The notes beneath the pieces are model-generated. The model was not told the DNA's origin, did not search any database, and saw nothing but the letters and a program-made list of their open reading frames with translations. A stretch of 64,000 nt of DNA, taken from positions 32,001 to 96,000 of the IMG/VR virus record IMGVR_UViG_641201006_000001. One strand, written 5' to 3'. The translations under genes were made by a program, and so were the position numbers. The DNA comes from a virus (taxonomy: Duplodnaviria > Caudoviricetes). This document shows positions 1-10,151 of this stretch, piece by piece (the stretch's first letter is position 1; every line of letters starts with the position of its first letter).

Positions 1-318
1 CAAGACCGTGAGTACCAATTAGGTAACATGGAACAAGGTATTATCGAGCGTGCGATGTACGTAATCAATAACAATGACATTCCAATCACAAACGTCCGTG
101 TTAGCATCGCTGCACTTGGCGGGTATCATGGTTGGGAATGGACGGATGTAGCGCAAGATGTGTTTGGACAGCCGGGTACATATCAGGATAAAGTCTTCCT
201 CGGTACAATCCGACCAGGAGAGAAAGTTCCGTTATGGTGTAAGATTACAAGGCAACCCGCACAACAGCTTGCAAGTTTACAAGATTACAAATTCCGTATC
301 ATGTTTGAAAGTGGGTGA
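1..318 (+). CDS. Virion-region protein, probably 5'-truncated by the window edge
   Basis: The frame is open from base 1 (caa gac cgt gag...) into the 28..318 ORF. There is no clear RBS before ATG 28. Confidence 0.7.
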   Translation, partial: QDREYQLGNMEQGIIERAMYVINNNDIPITNVRVSIAALGGYHGWEWTDVAQDVFGQPGTYQDKVFLGTIRPGEKVPLWCKITRQPAQQLASLQDYKFRIMFESG

Positions 319-324
319 TGAGAG

Positions 325-3027
325 ATGGCATTGAAGTTCGTACAAACAGGTAATAATGCCGGCGGTAGTGGAAGTGGTACATATGACCATAGCCTATTAA
401 TCAACCGTGGTATGCCTGACCAACATACAATTGAATCTATTACAGGACTGCGTGATGTTCTGAATAAGAAATACGAAAAGCCATATGGTGGTATCCCTCG
501 AACAGATTTAGGATTCGAAGTGGTAACTCCGCATGACTTCTCTGTATTTAAGCAGACGGCACTGCGTGATGTAGAAGATAATGTCGCTCTTATCACAAAA
601 GAAATTGTCGATGCACGAGGAGATAAGAAAACACTTCGTGAATACATTGATACGAAAATCTCACAAGAGAACTGGACTGGTGGGGGAGGTACTGGCGGAT
701 CAGAGTCATCTGTCGGGTATCCAATCTATGAAGAGTTCACTGTACAAAATAAACAACGCCGTTTCCAAACGGATAAAACGTATCGCATGGGTACTCGTCA
801 ACTTGAGGTGTATGTAGAAGGCTTGAAGATGATTGAAAAACGTGACTACGTAGAAGTGGATGAACATACGATTGAGTTTCTGTATGATTTAGAAGAAGGC
901 TTCGTTGTACTGATGATGGTGCGTGCTGTTGTAAATAGCGGACTCCATGAAGAGTACACGGCAACTGCTGGTCAAACAAACTTCTCGTTAGTATCTCCGT
1001 ATGCGATTAACCAAAACATGTTGCAGGTATATCGCAATGGTCAGCTTCAACATAAGGGGCGTGACTACAAAGAGGTCAACGATAAGCTCATTGTATTCCA
1101 GTTTCCGCTTGAAGAAGGAATGCTGGTTACCTTCCATCAATCCGGTTCAAGTGACCCCATACAAGGTAGTATCTATCAAGGTATGTTAAATAGTATGCGC
1201 ATGAATAATGCGTACCTAGCTATCTCGATGCAGGATGCAATGAAGTCGGATGTTGTGAAACACTTCGATATGTATGCAGATAGTCTTGTTACGCTGTCTC
1301 ATATCGACATGAATGCTTCGGATAATTTCCTATTCGAGAATGGATCTATTTCCGTAAAAGAAATGAATCGTACACTCTTAAATAGAAAAGACTTCGAGAC
1401 TGGTAGTGCATCATATGTAGACTTCATTACCTATCCGGATGAGATTCGCTTACTGAATGTACCGGGCGGAGAAGCACGAGACTTTGCCGTGCATGAACAA
1501 ATCTCGGATAAAGTAATCGGTGACCTTGTTCCGTTTACAAACAACCAGCACCAGCGCATGTTCTTCGTTGCAGAAGAAACAGCAGCCGGACAATGTATAC
1601 TGCAAGCAAACATTAACGGCATGATATATGAACTAGCGACAACAGATGGTCACTTCTTCTCGCTGAATGTAGCAGGTGATAGTGACGGGAATGCACACCT
1701 CGTCTTCCACGAACAAGGAAGTGCAAAGGGTGTCTCTATTGTGTACTACCTCAAGTTCAATACGACTACATTCCAAGTTGAGTATCAGCGTACGCTAAGT
1801 GATACGAAGCTAGATGCAATGCGACCTGATATAGATGTAGATGCTGACGGTAGAGCGCATGTTGTGTTTAGTTCAAAGCGTGCCAATCCGAATACGTTCA
1901 ATGTTGAGTACCGTACGATTAAAAGCGGAACGGTATCAGCAAGCCGTAACATTACATCGGATGAGTTAGTCGCAGGACTGAATCCACGTATCTCCGTTGG
2001 ATACGGTCAGCGTCCTAACATTGTATATGAACAAAACAAAACGATTTACTTCGTTCACTTAAATGGTGACGTCATCGAGAAGCAAATCAAATTAACAGAT
2101 AGTGATTGTGTACAGCCTGATATTGATACTGACCCGAACTGTACTTCTCATATTGTATGGAAGTCAAAACGACTCGGCACAAACTACGGCGTAGATTACA
2201 CAACGATCTCGAAGGATTATATCGTAAGTGGTACGAAGAGTGTTGCAACTGGTTCCTTCTCTTGTGACTATCCAGCCGTTGGTGCAGACTACAATAACAT
2301 TGCACATGTCGTGTTCCAAGCTAATAGCGTTAGAGCCGACCATGAAAACATTTGTTATGCAAGGGTGTACCCAAATGGGGACGTTCTTCCGTTCGTTGAT
2401 ATTGCATCCCGTGTGGGCGTGCAGTACCGAGAACCGAAGCTGGCTATCTACGGTGAGTCATTCATCTGCGGATTCTTAGGCGACGACCACGGATATGAAA
2501 CATGGAAGTTACTTGCGAACTATTCAGATACAGGTAGTTACGATTATGTAGTAGATGGTGGATCAAAAGAAGCCGAGTGGCGCAAAGTAACAGTTGCCTC
2601 CCTTGCTCCGGCTGGTACATCGGTTATTGCTGAATACAGGTTGAGCGATGATAAACTATCATGGTCAGCATGGAAACCTGTAGAAGAATTAACAGGGCAG
2701 GGACAATACTTACATATTCGTGTTACGCTAAAAACAACGGACAATACGATGACACCTTCTGTTGAAGCGATTGATATTACATATCTTCCTGCATTCGTAG
2801 AAGTACAATCCGTGAAGAACTATGTAGAGAGAAATGTGGATTCGGTAATCGTCGTTGGTACACCGGGAGTTACATATCAAGTATCTCGTGATGGCGGGAA
2901 AACATTTGTAAATGCAGACCTGCACGTACCAACAAGTGTTGTGCAAACGCCGGATGGACATGACATTGTACTCCGTGCGAAAATCACGAACGGTTCTAAG
3001 CTAGAAGCATGGGGCGTTCTATGGTAG
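325..3027 (+). CDS. Modular tail appendage/fibre protein (900 aa) with a central beta-propeller-like repeat region
   Basis: Two copies of a ~62-aa LQVY.NG...DY.E module, one YEKPYGGIPRTDL unit, blade-like repeats (PDIDVDADGRAHVVF, PDIDTDPNCTSHIVW, PAVGADYNNIAHVVF), and a C-terminal VSRDGGKTF...LEAWG motif shared with other structural ORFs. Confidence 0.75.
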   Translation: MALKFVQTGNNAGGSGSGTYDHSLLINRGMPDQHTIESITGLRDVLNKKYEKPYGGIPRTDLGFEVVTPHDFSVFKQTALRDVEDNVALITKEIVDARGDKKTLREYIDTKISQENWTGGGGTGGSESSVGYPIYEEFTVQNKQRRFQTDKTYRMGTRQLEVYVEGLKMIEKRDYVEVDEHTIEFLYDLEEGFVVLMMVRAVVNSGLHEEYTATAGQTNFSLVSPYAINQNMLQVYRNGQLQHKGRDYKEVNDKLIVFQFPLEEGMLVTFHQSGSSDPIQGSIYQGMLNSMRMNNAYLAISMQDAMKSDVVKHFDMYADSLVTLSHIDMNASDNFLFENGSISVKEMNRTLLNRKDFETGSASYVDFITYPDEIRLLNVPGGEARDFAVHEQISDKVIGDLVPFTNNQHQRMFFVAEETAAGQCILQANINGMIYELATTDGHFFSLNVAGDSDGNAHLVFHEQGSAKGVSIVYYLKFNTTTFQVEYQRTLSDTKLDAMRPDIDVDADGRAHVVFSSKRANPNTFNVEYRTIKSGTVSASRNITSDELVAGLNPRISVGYGQRPNIVYEQNKTIYFVHLNGDVIEKQIKLTDSDCVQPDIDTDPNCTSHIVWKSKRLGTNYGVDYTTISKDYIVSGTKSVATGSFSCDYPAVGADYNNIAHVVFQANSVRADHENICYARVYPNGDVLPFVDIASRVGVQYREPKLAIYGESFICGFLGDDHGYETWKLLANYSDTGSYDYVVDGGSKEAEWRKVTVASLAPAGTSVIAEYRLSDDKLSWSAWKPVEELTGQGQYLHIRVTLKTTDNTMTPSVEAIDITYLPAFVEVQSVKNYVERNVDSVIVVGTPGVTYQVSRDGGKTFVNADLHVPTSVVQTPDGHDIVLRAKITNGSKLEAWGVLW

Positions 3028-3036
3028 GTGAATCAG

Positions 3037-3408
3037 ATGAACCATATACTAGAAGCACTGCGAGAAGGTATGAAGAACAAATTAATTATCGGCAAGGGAC
3101 AGACGGATGTCGTCCCTGCTGGTAGTGAACAAGTTTGGTTCGTACCACTAGAAACAAACAAACTACTTGTAAAGTCTATTGAAGTCGTAGCCAACAAACA
3201 GGCTACATTCTATGTCGAGTTCTTTGAAAATAGTAAGCTCGAAGACTCTCGTTACAATAGCGGGGAAGTAGCAGGGCGATGCTATGACAATCTCGACCTA
3301 CCGTTTGTGAATGGAGACGATACAAAGCAAATGTATGTTGTCATTCACAATACAAGTACATTCGACACTTCGTACCGCATCGAGGTACGGGGAACTGAAA
3401 TGAAATAG
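3037..3408 (+). CDS. Small virion-region protein, paralog of 45290..45673
   Basis: An AGGTGA RBS overlaps the upstream stop and favours ATG 3037 over GTG 3028. The C-terminus IHNTSTFDTSYRIEVRGTEMK aligns with IHNKGSVATRFTIDVRGLEVK. Confidence 0.75.
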   Translation: MNHILEALREGMKNKLIIGKGQTDVVPAGSEQVWFVPLETNKLLVKSIEVVANKQATFYVEFFENSKLEDSRYNSGEVAGRCYDNLDLPFVNGDDTKQMYVVIHNTSTFDTSYRIEVRGTEMK

Positions 3409-3419
3409 GAGGATATACA

Positions 3420-4286
3420 ATGGCTACTTTTTCTCCGCAAGAAGTGTACCTTGTCGAAGATGGACAGGTAGAAATCATATTAGATTCACCATACGTTGTT
3501 GGTAGTAACACGGTGCAGGTATATCTAAATGGGATGCTATCGTTACTCGGTAAGGACTATCAAGAAGCAAGCGAAACAACACTCAAGTTCCAGTACCAAC
3601 TGAGCAGTGAAGATGTTGTTATCGTTCAACGTAAAGTCGATGTAGAAGGTGCGAGTGTTTCTGTTATCGGGAAAGCCGGTAGTTCATTGTATCAGAAGTA
3701 CGGTGACAAACAAACACTACTGCCGAACCAAAAGTATACACTGACGTTCCGCTATGGTGACCAAGTACATGAGACAGGATTCTCTACTCGCATTGATCCG
3801 CTGTACTCTACATTTGAGACAATCAACTTTGACTTAGGTGAGATCGCAGATGACATTCCGATGGAGCGTATCTTATTCCTGATTTTCCAAAACAGTATCC
3901 TGTCGCAAAACATTGCGTCCGAAGAGAACCTTGAGTTACTAAAGACACAAGCGAAGACACCATATGTATTTAAGCAGTTCGTTCGTTACCGTACGGAGCT
4001 TGATATTATGACGGCAGTCTACTTCGCACTATCCGGACGACAAGGTATCGAGAATAAGATACTAGGTGAATTAACAATCATGCGTCGTAAAGAATTTGGT
4101 ATGGCTGACCTTCGTACCATCTTAGCTGACTTAAAGAATAAGCTACGAGAATGGGAACGAAAACTTCGTGGTTCGGATAAAGTATCACCACTACGTAGTG
4201 CGGTTCGAGGCGGTACAGCAAATCCATATCCACTGAATACACCTCGTCGTAGTTACGACCCAGTACAGAAAGGAGCGAGTTCATAA
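3420..4286 (+). CDS. Putative neck/head-tail adaptor with an N-terminal copy of the shared LQVY.NG module
   Basis: GGAGG RBS, position upstream of the sheath genes, helical C-terminal half. The function is inferred from synteny. Confidence 0.55.
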   Translation: MATFSPQEVYLVEDGQVEIILDSPYVVGSNTVQVYLNGMLSLLGKDYQEASETTLKFQYQLSSEDVVIVQRKVDVEGASVSVIGKAGSSLYQKYGDKQTLLPNQKYTLTFRYGDQVHETGFSTRIDPLYSTFETINFDLGEIADDIPMERILFLIFQNSILSQNIASEENLELLKTQAKTPYVFKQFVRYRTELDIMTAVYFALSGRQGIENKILGELTIMRRKEFGMADLRTILADLKNKLREWERKLRGSDKVSPLRSAVRGGTANPYPLNTPRRSYDPVQKGASS

Positions 4287-4819
4287 TGGCAATTAATTTA
4301 CGACAAGAGATTACGAAGCTCATTGAAGATACAGGTCATTATGTTCTGCTTCAACGTACGAGCCGTAAGATACGATGCAGTTGTTGGAATGAGAAACATC
4401 AAGAGGCAGACCCTTCGTGTCCATATTGTTTAGGACTCGGATGGGTAAGCCGTATTGAGCGACATAAGATTCGCCGACAAACAGCAGTCAATGTAATCTC
4501 ACTGCCAAACAACATTCAGCAAACACCAATCGGTCAGCTATCGACAGATACACGATTGTTCTTCTTCAAGCATGATACGATGCCGAAGAAAGGTGACATC
4601 ATCATGGAGGTTGGCTGGAAAGGACAACGACCAACACATCTCATTACGACGCACGAGATTTCGCACTCCGATGATATGCGTGAACAAAATGGTCGTATTG
4701 AGTTCTTTCAAGTGACGACGAAGGAAAAGAGTGTCGATACAAAGATACGAGGATTCTCCGTACGTAAGATTGGGCCGGTACGAAACTACGAACCTATTTT
4801 TAAGAAGGTGACATTATGA
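4286..4819 (+). CDS. Putative head-closure/neck protein with a Cys4 zinc-finger insert
   Basis: RCSC...CPYCLGLGW motif, TAATG coupling to the upstream gene, position in the neck module. Confidence 0.55.
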   Translation: MAINLRQEITKLIEDTGHYVLLQRTSRKIRCSCWNEKHQEADPSCPYCLGLGWVSRIERHKIRRQTAVNVISLPNNIQQTPIGQLSTDTRLFFFKHDTMPKKGDIIMEVGWKGQRPTHLITTHEISHSDDMREQNGRIEFFQVTTKEKSVDTKIRGFSVRKIGPVRNYEPIFKKVTL

Positions 4820-6408
4820 TGCGTTATGACTTTCTACTAGATAGAGATGTTCCGAAAGGTATTGGTAACCGGTTGTTCCTACTTGGCGTAAGTGAAGATG
4901 GCCCCTACATGGAGCCTCTTCTTATACGTACAAAAGAACAAGCACGCAAGGTCTTCGGCGACGAGAATAAGGGTACGCTTGTAAAAGCATTTGATGAAGC
5001 GTATGATAGAAAAGAAGATATTTCAATTTATTTAATGCGAATCACCGGAAATTTTGCTACATTAGAAGTAGAAGGTTTTCCGACTGATCCATTAGATCGT
5101 CAGCATCTCTTTATACTCCGAAGTGTTTACGCTGGTGAAAAGTATAACAAGCTCTCCATTAAGCTAAACAACGACGATAAAAGAGAGATACATTCCTTCA
5201 CTCTGAAAACACTCGATCATGAGTTTGTTTATGAAATTCCATACGACATGACAGTCGGTGCATTCGTCAAAGGCATTAATGAAGATTGCAGAATGGGTCG
5301 TCATAAAATCATGGCTTCCACAGACTATCCGCAAGCAGACATTGGTTTCCTTGCAGGTATGTTGTCAGAAGACGAAGAAGTTCGCTCCTTCGATGATGGT
5401 GACGACGGGCTACATCCAACAAGAAACGAACTGTATCTTGCTTGTGATTTAGCGTATCAGATTTTGCAAGGACGACAGGTAGACATTGTTGTACCTGTTG
5501 GCATGTATGTCGATGATGTACATCCGGCTTACTTGTATGGTAAGGCAATTTACGGTAGCTCTTATTATTCATCTTCGTCTGACTATCTTCAATTGATAGA
5601 TACGCAGAATGGTAATAAGGTAGTAAGTTTCCACGAACAACTTATCGAGTTTTGCAGAGAGCAGATGAGACTCGGATATATGTCGAAGGGCGTGATAGGG
5701 ATTCGTCCTTTTACTCATGTTCCTAAGAATATAGAAGAGGACAACACTGCATACATATCTCGACTGGCACAATCCTCTGCGTTTCGTGACCGTCATGGAT
5801 TTACTGACTACAAGAATGGTCTTTGGTATGATAAGGGATATTTCGTATCCGTTGTCGGACATGAACTTATATATCATCCGGGTAAACCGGATGAGTACAC
5901 TGCAAATGGCGCTGTTCGTTACGCTGCAATTCTAGCAGGAAACTTCGATACTACTACGAACGTTGAAATTGGTGATGACGTTGAACTACGTTACGAACTA
6001 TCCAATTACACACTACAAGAACTCAGTCGCATTGGTGTGGTAACTTTCCGCAACAGCATTCGTCGTGGTAACGTGGTTACTAGCGGGGTGACTGCCGGTA
6101 GTCCTGAAAGTGAATTGCATAGTGTGGCAAATGTGAGAATGGTTCAAATAACACTAGCTTATGTGAATCAGGCAGTCGAAATGATATATGAAGGCGAGTT
6201 CGATGCAGGTATGCGCCGTAACTATTTGGAGGAGTTGTTAAGGAAGTTCCTTGATGACTTACAAAAGGAAGGCGTGATCTTGCAGTACGACTACAAAATT
6301 CAGTTCAGAAACGATGACGTCAAAGGCGAAATCCTTTTATTCCTTGAAGGTAAACATACAATAGAGGGCATTCAAACTTCTGCGGAAGTGACCCAACAGG
6401 AGGTATAA
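4816..6408 (+). CDS. Tail sheath paralog (530 aa)
   Basis: Aligns with 7105..9258: LLGVSEDGPYMEP vs LLGTATDGPVMQP, IYLMRITG vs IRLMRTTG, VDIVVPVGMYVD vs VDYVIPLGVHAD, plus a sheath-like C-terminal domain. Confidence 0.8.
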   Translation: MMRYDFLLDRDVPKGIGNRLFLLGVSEDGPYMEPLLIRTKEQARKVFGDENKGTLVKAFDEAYDRKEDISIYLMRITGNFATLEVEGFPTDPLDRQHLFILRSVYAGEKYNKLSIKLNNDDKREIHSFTLKTLDHEFVYEIPYDMTVGAFVKGINEDCRMGRHKIMASTDYPQADIGFLAGMLSEDEEVRSFDDGDDGLHPTRNELYLACDLAYQILQGRQVDIVVPVGMYVDDVHPAYLYGKAIYGSSYYSSSSDYLQLIDTQNGNKVVSFHEQLIEFCREQMRLGYMSKGVIGIRPFTHVPKNIEEDNTAYISRLAQSSAFRDRHGFTDYKNGLWYDKGYFVSVVGHELIYHPGKPDEYTANGAVRYAAILAGNFDTTTNVEIGDDVELRYELSNYTLQELSRIGVVTFRNSIRRGNVVTSGVTAGSPESELHSVANVRMVQITLAYVNQAVEMIYEGEFDAGMRRNYLEELLRKFLDDLQKEGVILQYDYKIQFRNDDVKGEILLFLEGKHTIEGIQTSAEVTQQEV

Positions 6409-6409
6409 C

Positions 6410-7090
6410 ATGGCTAACGAAGTACGAAGAGGAATGCAGACGGCAGAGGGTTCATTGGACTACGACCAGTTTACGGATGAGATTAATCGTCTTCTCCGTT
6501 TAGCTTGGGGAGATGATTGGGGTACTTTCACAGAGGACGAGCCTACAGGTACAGACGGAAACGATGTTCCTGTTCCGGTGATTACGTTCGACTTAGAAAG
6601 TAGGAAGAGAACGAAGTATGGCGTCAAGTCATTGGAGCCTGTTCACTTCGATACGATTCCTGACCCTGAGAATCCAGCGCACTCTATGAAACTATATCGT
6701 CAGTGGTTTGATGTTGAAATGGTCTTCCGAGTATTTCACAACACAAACCGTGCTGCTCGCCTCCTCATGGAAGAGTTTGAAGACTTCCTATTTACATATA
6801 AGAGTCATCTTAAACACATAGGAATCTCGGAGCTTATTTTCCAAGAGGAGAAGAAACCAACGGTTGAATCGAGATGGAGTCAAAAGCTTGCAGCTAGAAC
6901 ACTCCTATATCTCGTTCGCATAGAACGAATCACTACGGTTCGTTCAAACAATTTCGTTGAAATTGAGACTACGGTTAAGGATGCGAAAATCACAAACCCT
7001 CCTATGGATGGTGTACGTGAGACAATTGTTGGTTCCAAAATGGATCCGATGATTGCGCAGTACCGTAGTCAAATGAAGATCACAGAATAA
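6410..7090 (+). CDS. Putative tail completion/terminator protein
   Basis: GGAGG RBS, 226 aa, lies between the sheath paralogs. The function is inferred from synteny only. Confidence 0.5.
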   Translation: MANEVRRGMQTAEGSLDYDQFTDEINRLLRLAWGDDWGTFTEDEPTGTDGNDVPVPVITFDLESRKRTKYGVKSLEPVHFDTIPDPENPAHSMKLYRQWFDVEMVFRVFHNTNRAARLLMEEFEDFLFTYKSHLKHIGISELIFQEEKKPTVESRWSQKLAARTLLYLVRIERITTVRSNNFVEIETTVKDAKITNPPMDGVRETIVGSKMDPMIAQYRSQMKITE

Positions 7091-7104
7091 GGGAGGATTT
7101 CAAC

Positions 7105-9258
7105 ATGGCTGGATTCGATCAATATCAAGCTATTCCGGGTCATAACGCCCGCTTCAAAGACGGGAACTTAAACTTAAAGTCCGACCCGAATCCAAGAGAA
7201 ACTGAATCAGTTGTACTCTTAGGTACGGCGACTGACGGCCCTGTAATGCAACCTGTTCGTGTAACACCTGAGACTGCTTACAACATCTTCGGTAAAGTTG
7301 CACACGAGAACGGTGTATACAATGGTGCTACATTGCTTCCTAAATTCGAAGAACTTTGGGCAGCAGGTAACCGTGACATTCGCTTAATGCGTACGACTGG
7401 TGTGAACGCTGTTTCTAGTTTACTAGGTACTTCTTACAGCAAGAATAGTAAAGAAGTTGCAGAGGACAAGCTAGGTGGCGCTCAAGCTCGTGGTAACGTA
7501 GCAGCAACATTTACTTTACCTAACGGTGGTATCGTTGAAGCAACGTTCCTATTAAAAGCACGAGGCGTAATCATTCCTCCAAACAACTACACGCTTGATG
7601 TAGGTACTGAGGAAGATATGAAAGCTGGTACACAACCAACATTCGCACAAGTGCTATTAAATGAAAACGTAGCAGACATGGAATCTGAGATTACAGTAAG
7701 CTATGAGTTCACTTATAAAGATGCACAAGGCGAAACAAAAACATCTGAGGTGTTAGACAATAACACTGATAAAGATGGTAAACCGATGATTGCGAAAGGC
7801 GCTGACGTAACAATCAAACTTGAGCATGTTGCTTTAGCTGGCTTGAAGCTATACGCTGATGGCATTGAAGTAGTAGATGCAAAAGCATTCACTGTTGCTG
7901 GTGACCAATTAACAATCCACTCAAACAGCAAGATGAAGTTAGGTGCGTCACTAGAAGCACAGTACGCTTACAATCTTGTGGAAGTGATCCAACCGGTTAT
8001 CGAGCTAGAATCTATCTTCGGTGGTGGCGTGTACAACGACATCATGCGCAAAGTAGAATCTAAAGACGGTGCGGTTACGGTTACAATCACAAAACCTGAA
8101 AGCAAACGTGGCATGATTAGTGAAGACCCACTTGTATTCAAATCAGGAGATTACACGAACTTCAAGATGTTAGTTGACGCAATCAACAACCATCCGTTTA
8201 ACAACGTAGTTCGTGCAAGAACAAAGCCTGAGTTTGAAGCAACGTTCACTAGCACGCTTCAAGCTGCTGCTGATGCAAAATTCTCTGGCGGTAAAGACGA
8301 GCTTTCTCTTGATAAAGAGGAAATGTACAAACGTCTTGGCGGAGAGAAAAACGAAGAAGGCTTCGTAACGAAACAAGGTGCTTACCAGTACCTAGAGAAC
8401 TACGAAGTGGACTACGTAATTCCTTTAGGTGTTCACGCTGATACAAAGTTAATCGGTAAATACGATGACTTCGCTTACCAATTAGCATTAGCGTGTGCTG
8501 TAATGTCTCATTATAACAGTGTCACAATTGGAATCATTCCAACGACAACACCATCTGACATCTCACTTGCTGGGGTTGAAGAACACGTTAAGAAGTTAGA
8601 GAACTATGCGAACGAGTTCTACATGCGTGACCGTTTCGGTAACATCATCTTTGATGCTGACCGTAACAAGATTGACTTAGGTCAATTCATTGAAGTTGTG
8701 GCTGGCCCTGACTTCATCGTTCGTAACACTCGTTTAGGACAGATGGCTTCAACGCCTGACGCTTCATACATCGGTATGGTGTCACAATTGAAAACACAAT
8801 CTGCTCCAACGAACAAACCATTACCATCTGTTACAGCATTACGTTATACGTACTCTGCTAACCAATTGAACCGCTTAACGAAAGCTCGTTTCGCAACGTT
8901 CAAGTACAAGCAAGATGGTTCTATCGGCGTAGTAGATGCACCGACATCTGCACATGCAGGTAGTGACTACACTCGCTTATCTACTGCTCGTATCGTAAAA
9001 GAAGCAGTAAACGCTGTGCGTGAAGTGGCTGATCCATTCATCGGGGAACCGAATGATACTGGTAACCGTAACGCATTAACGGCTGCTGTTGACAAACGAT
9101 TAAGCAAGATGATCGAGAACAAAGCTTTACTGGGCTTTGACTTCCGACTTGTTGTGACTCCTCAACAAGAGTTACTTGGCGAAGGTTCAATCGAACTTAG
9201 CTTAGAGGCTCCAAACGAGTTACGTCGCTTAACAACAATCGTTAGCTTGAGCGCATAA
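7105..9258 (+). CDS. Major contractile tail sheath protein
   Basis: N-terminal PG...LGTATDGP..P motif and C-terminal YTRLSTARIV...FIGEPND...LEAPNELRRL, typical of sheath proteins. Strong GGGAGG RBS and biased, high-expression-like codon use. Confidence 0.92.
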   Translation: MAGFDQYQAIPGHNARFKDGNLNLKSDPNPRETESVVLLGTATDGPVMQPVRVTPETAYNIFGKVAHENGVYNGATLLPKFEELWAAGNRDIRLMRTTGVNAVSSLLGTSYSKNSKEVAEDKLGGAQARGNVAATFTLPNGGIVEATFLLKARGVIIPPNNYTLDVGTEEDMKAGTQPTFAQVLLNENVADMESEITVSYEFTYKDAQGETKTSEVLDNNTDKDGKPMIAKGADVTIKLEHVALAGLKLYADGIEVVDAKAFTVAGDQLTIHSNSKMKLGASLEAQYAYNLVEVIQPVIELESIFGGGVYNDIMRKVESKDGAVTVTITKPESKRGMISEDPLVFKSGDYTNFKMLVDAINNHPFNNVVRARTKPEFEATFTSTLQAAADAKFSGGKDELSLDKEEMYKRLGGEKNEEGFVTKQGAYQYLENYEVDYVIPLGVHADTKLIGKYDDFAYQLALACAVMSHYNSVTIGIIPTTTPSDISLAGVEEHVKKLENYANEFYMRDRFGNIIFDADRNKIDLGQFIEVVAGPDFIVRNTRLGQMASTPDASYIGMVSQLKTQSAPTNKPLPSVTALRYTYSANQLNRLTKARFATFKYKQDGSIGVVDAPTSAHAGSDYTRLSTARIVKEAVNAVREVADPFIGEPNDTGNRNALTAAVDKRLSKMIENKALLGFDFRLVVTPQQELLGEGSIELSLEAPNELRRLTTIVSLSA

Positions 9259-9259
9259 T

Positions 9260-9283
9260 ACATGGGGGTTAACGCCCCCGTGT
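9260..9283 (+). promoter_or_regulatory. Stem-loop between the sheath and tube genes (weak terminator or RNA stability element)
   Basis: acatggggg-ttaacg-cccccgtgt with one G-U pair and no real U-tract. Confidence 0.55.
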
Positions 9284-9317
9284 TATACAAATACCTCATT
9301 TAAGGGAGGCTACATAG

Positions 9318-10100
9318 ATGGCTGGTAAGGATTACGCAAAAACACTAACAAGTTTCTCCGGTTCTGACTTAGTAGTAAACTTCGGGCCGAAAACAATTGG
9401 TGAATTACAGCAAATCTCATGGGGTATCAAACGTGAGAAAGCGCCAGTATTCACATTAGGTTCTCCTGATGCACGTTCATTCTCTCGTGGTAAACGTGGT
9501 ATCGGTGGGTCATTAGTAATGGCTCAATTCAACCGTGACGCTCTTATGGAAGAGTTAGTAGACGATGCAAACGTATGGAAGCAAATTGCTCCGGTTGCAA
9601 TGTTTACAGCGGCGGGTAACTTATCTCAACGTAGTAATGAAATGTTCGAGAACGCATTACATGCTGCTGGTTGGGGTGACTACGCTGACTATACTCGTTC
9701 TAATCCTACTCCGGATATTCCGGGTGTTACTGTAGGTGCAGCGCAGTACGGTTACACAGGCGGTACACAAATTACAGCAGGAACAACAATCGGTAACGAT
9801 GGTGCGACTACTGTACGTGTTCCACCGGGCTTCGCTCAAATCCGCGCGAAGAACATTATCTATGCTGATATGATTCCAGCATTCGACGTAACGTTAACGT
9901 TTGCGAACGAATACGGTCAAGCAGCATTCCAAAAAATCTATGACATTGATATTCTAGATGAGCAGTCTGGTGTATCTGTAGACTCTATCATCATGGAACG
10001 TTCTATGAGCTATGTTGCTCGTCGTATCTCTCCATTAATGACAGGTGTTTATGACCGTGCTACAGGCGGTAGTGTTACAGGACGAGGCGTTTACGCCTAA
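9318..10100 (+). CDS. Major tail tube protein (putative)
   Basis: Directly follows the sheath gene. SFSGSD...IGELQQISW..KREKAPVFTLG....RGKRGIGGSL tube-like pattern, GGGAGG RBS, followed by a terminator. Confidence 0.75.
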   Translation: MAGKDYAKTLTSFSGSDLVVNFGPKTIGELQQISWGIKREKAPVFTLGSPDARSFSRGKRGIGGSLVMAQFNRDALMEELVDDANVWKQIAPVAMFTAAGNLSQRSNEMFENALHAAGWGDYADYTRSNPTPDIPGVTVGAAQYGYTGGTQITAGTTIGNDGATTVRVPPGFAQIRAKNIIYADMIPAFDVTLTFANEYGQAAFQKIYDIDILDEQSGVSVDSIIMERSMSYVARRISPLMTGVYDRATGGSVTGRGVYA

Positions 10101-10108
10101 TTAACAAG

Positions 10109-10137
10109 TAGCCCGGCTGAGATGCCGGGTTATTTTT
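10109..10137 (+). terminator. Intrinsic terminator after the tube gene
   Basis: tagcccggc-tgagat-gccgggtta followed by ttttt. Confidence 0.85.
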
Positions 10138-10151
10138 ATAGGAGGAATACT

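Noticed and set aside
10122-10151. ORF-track upstream starts (also 3028, 14041, 28199, 33949, 34356, 44564)
   Set aside because: Downstream ATGs have properly spaced RBSs or TAATG coupling. The 10122 start lies inside a terminator.
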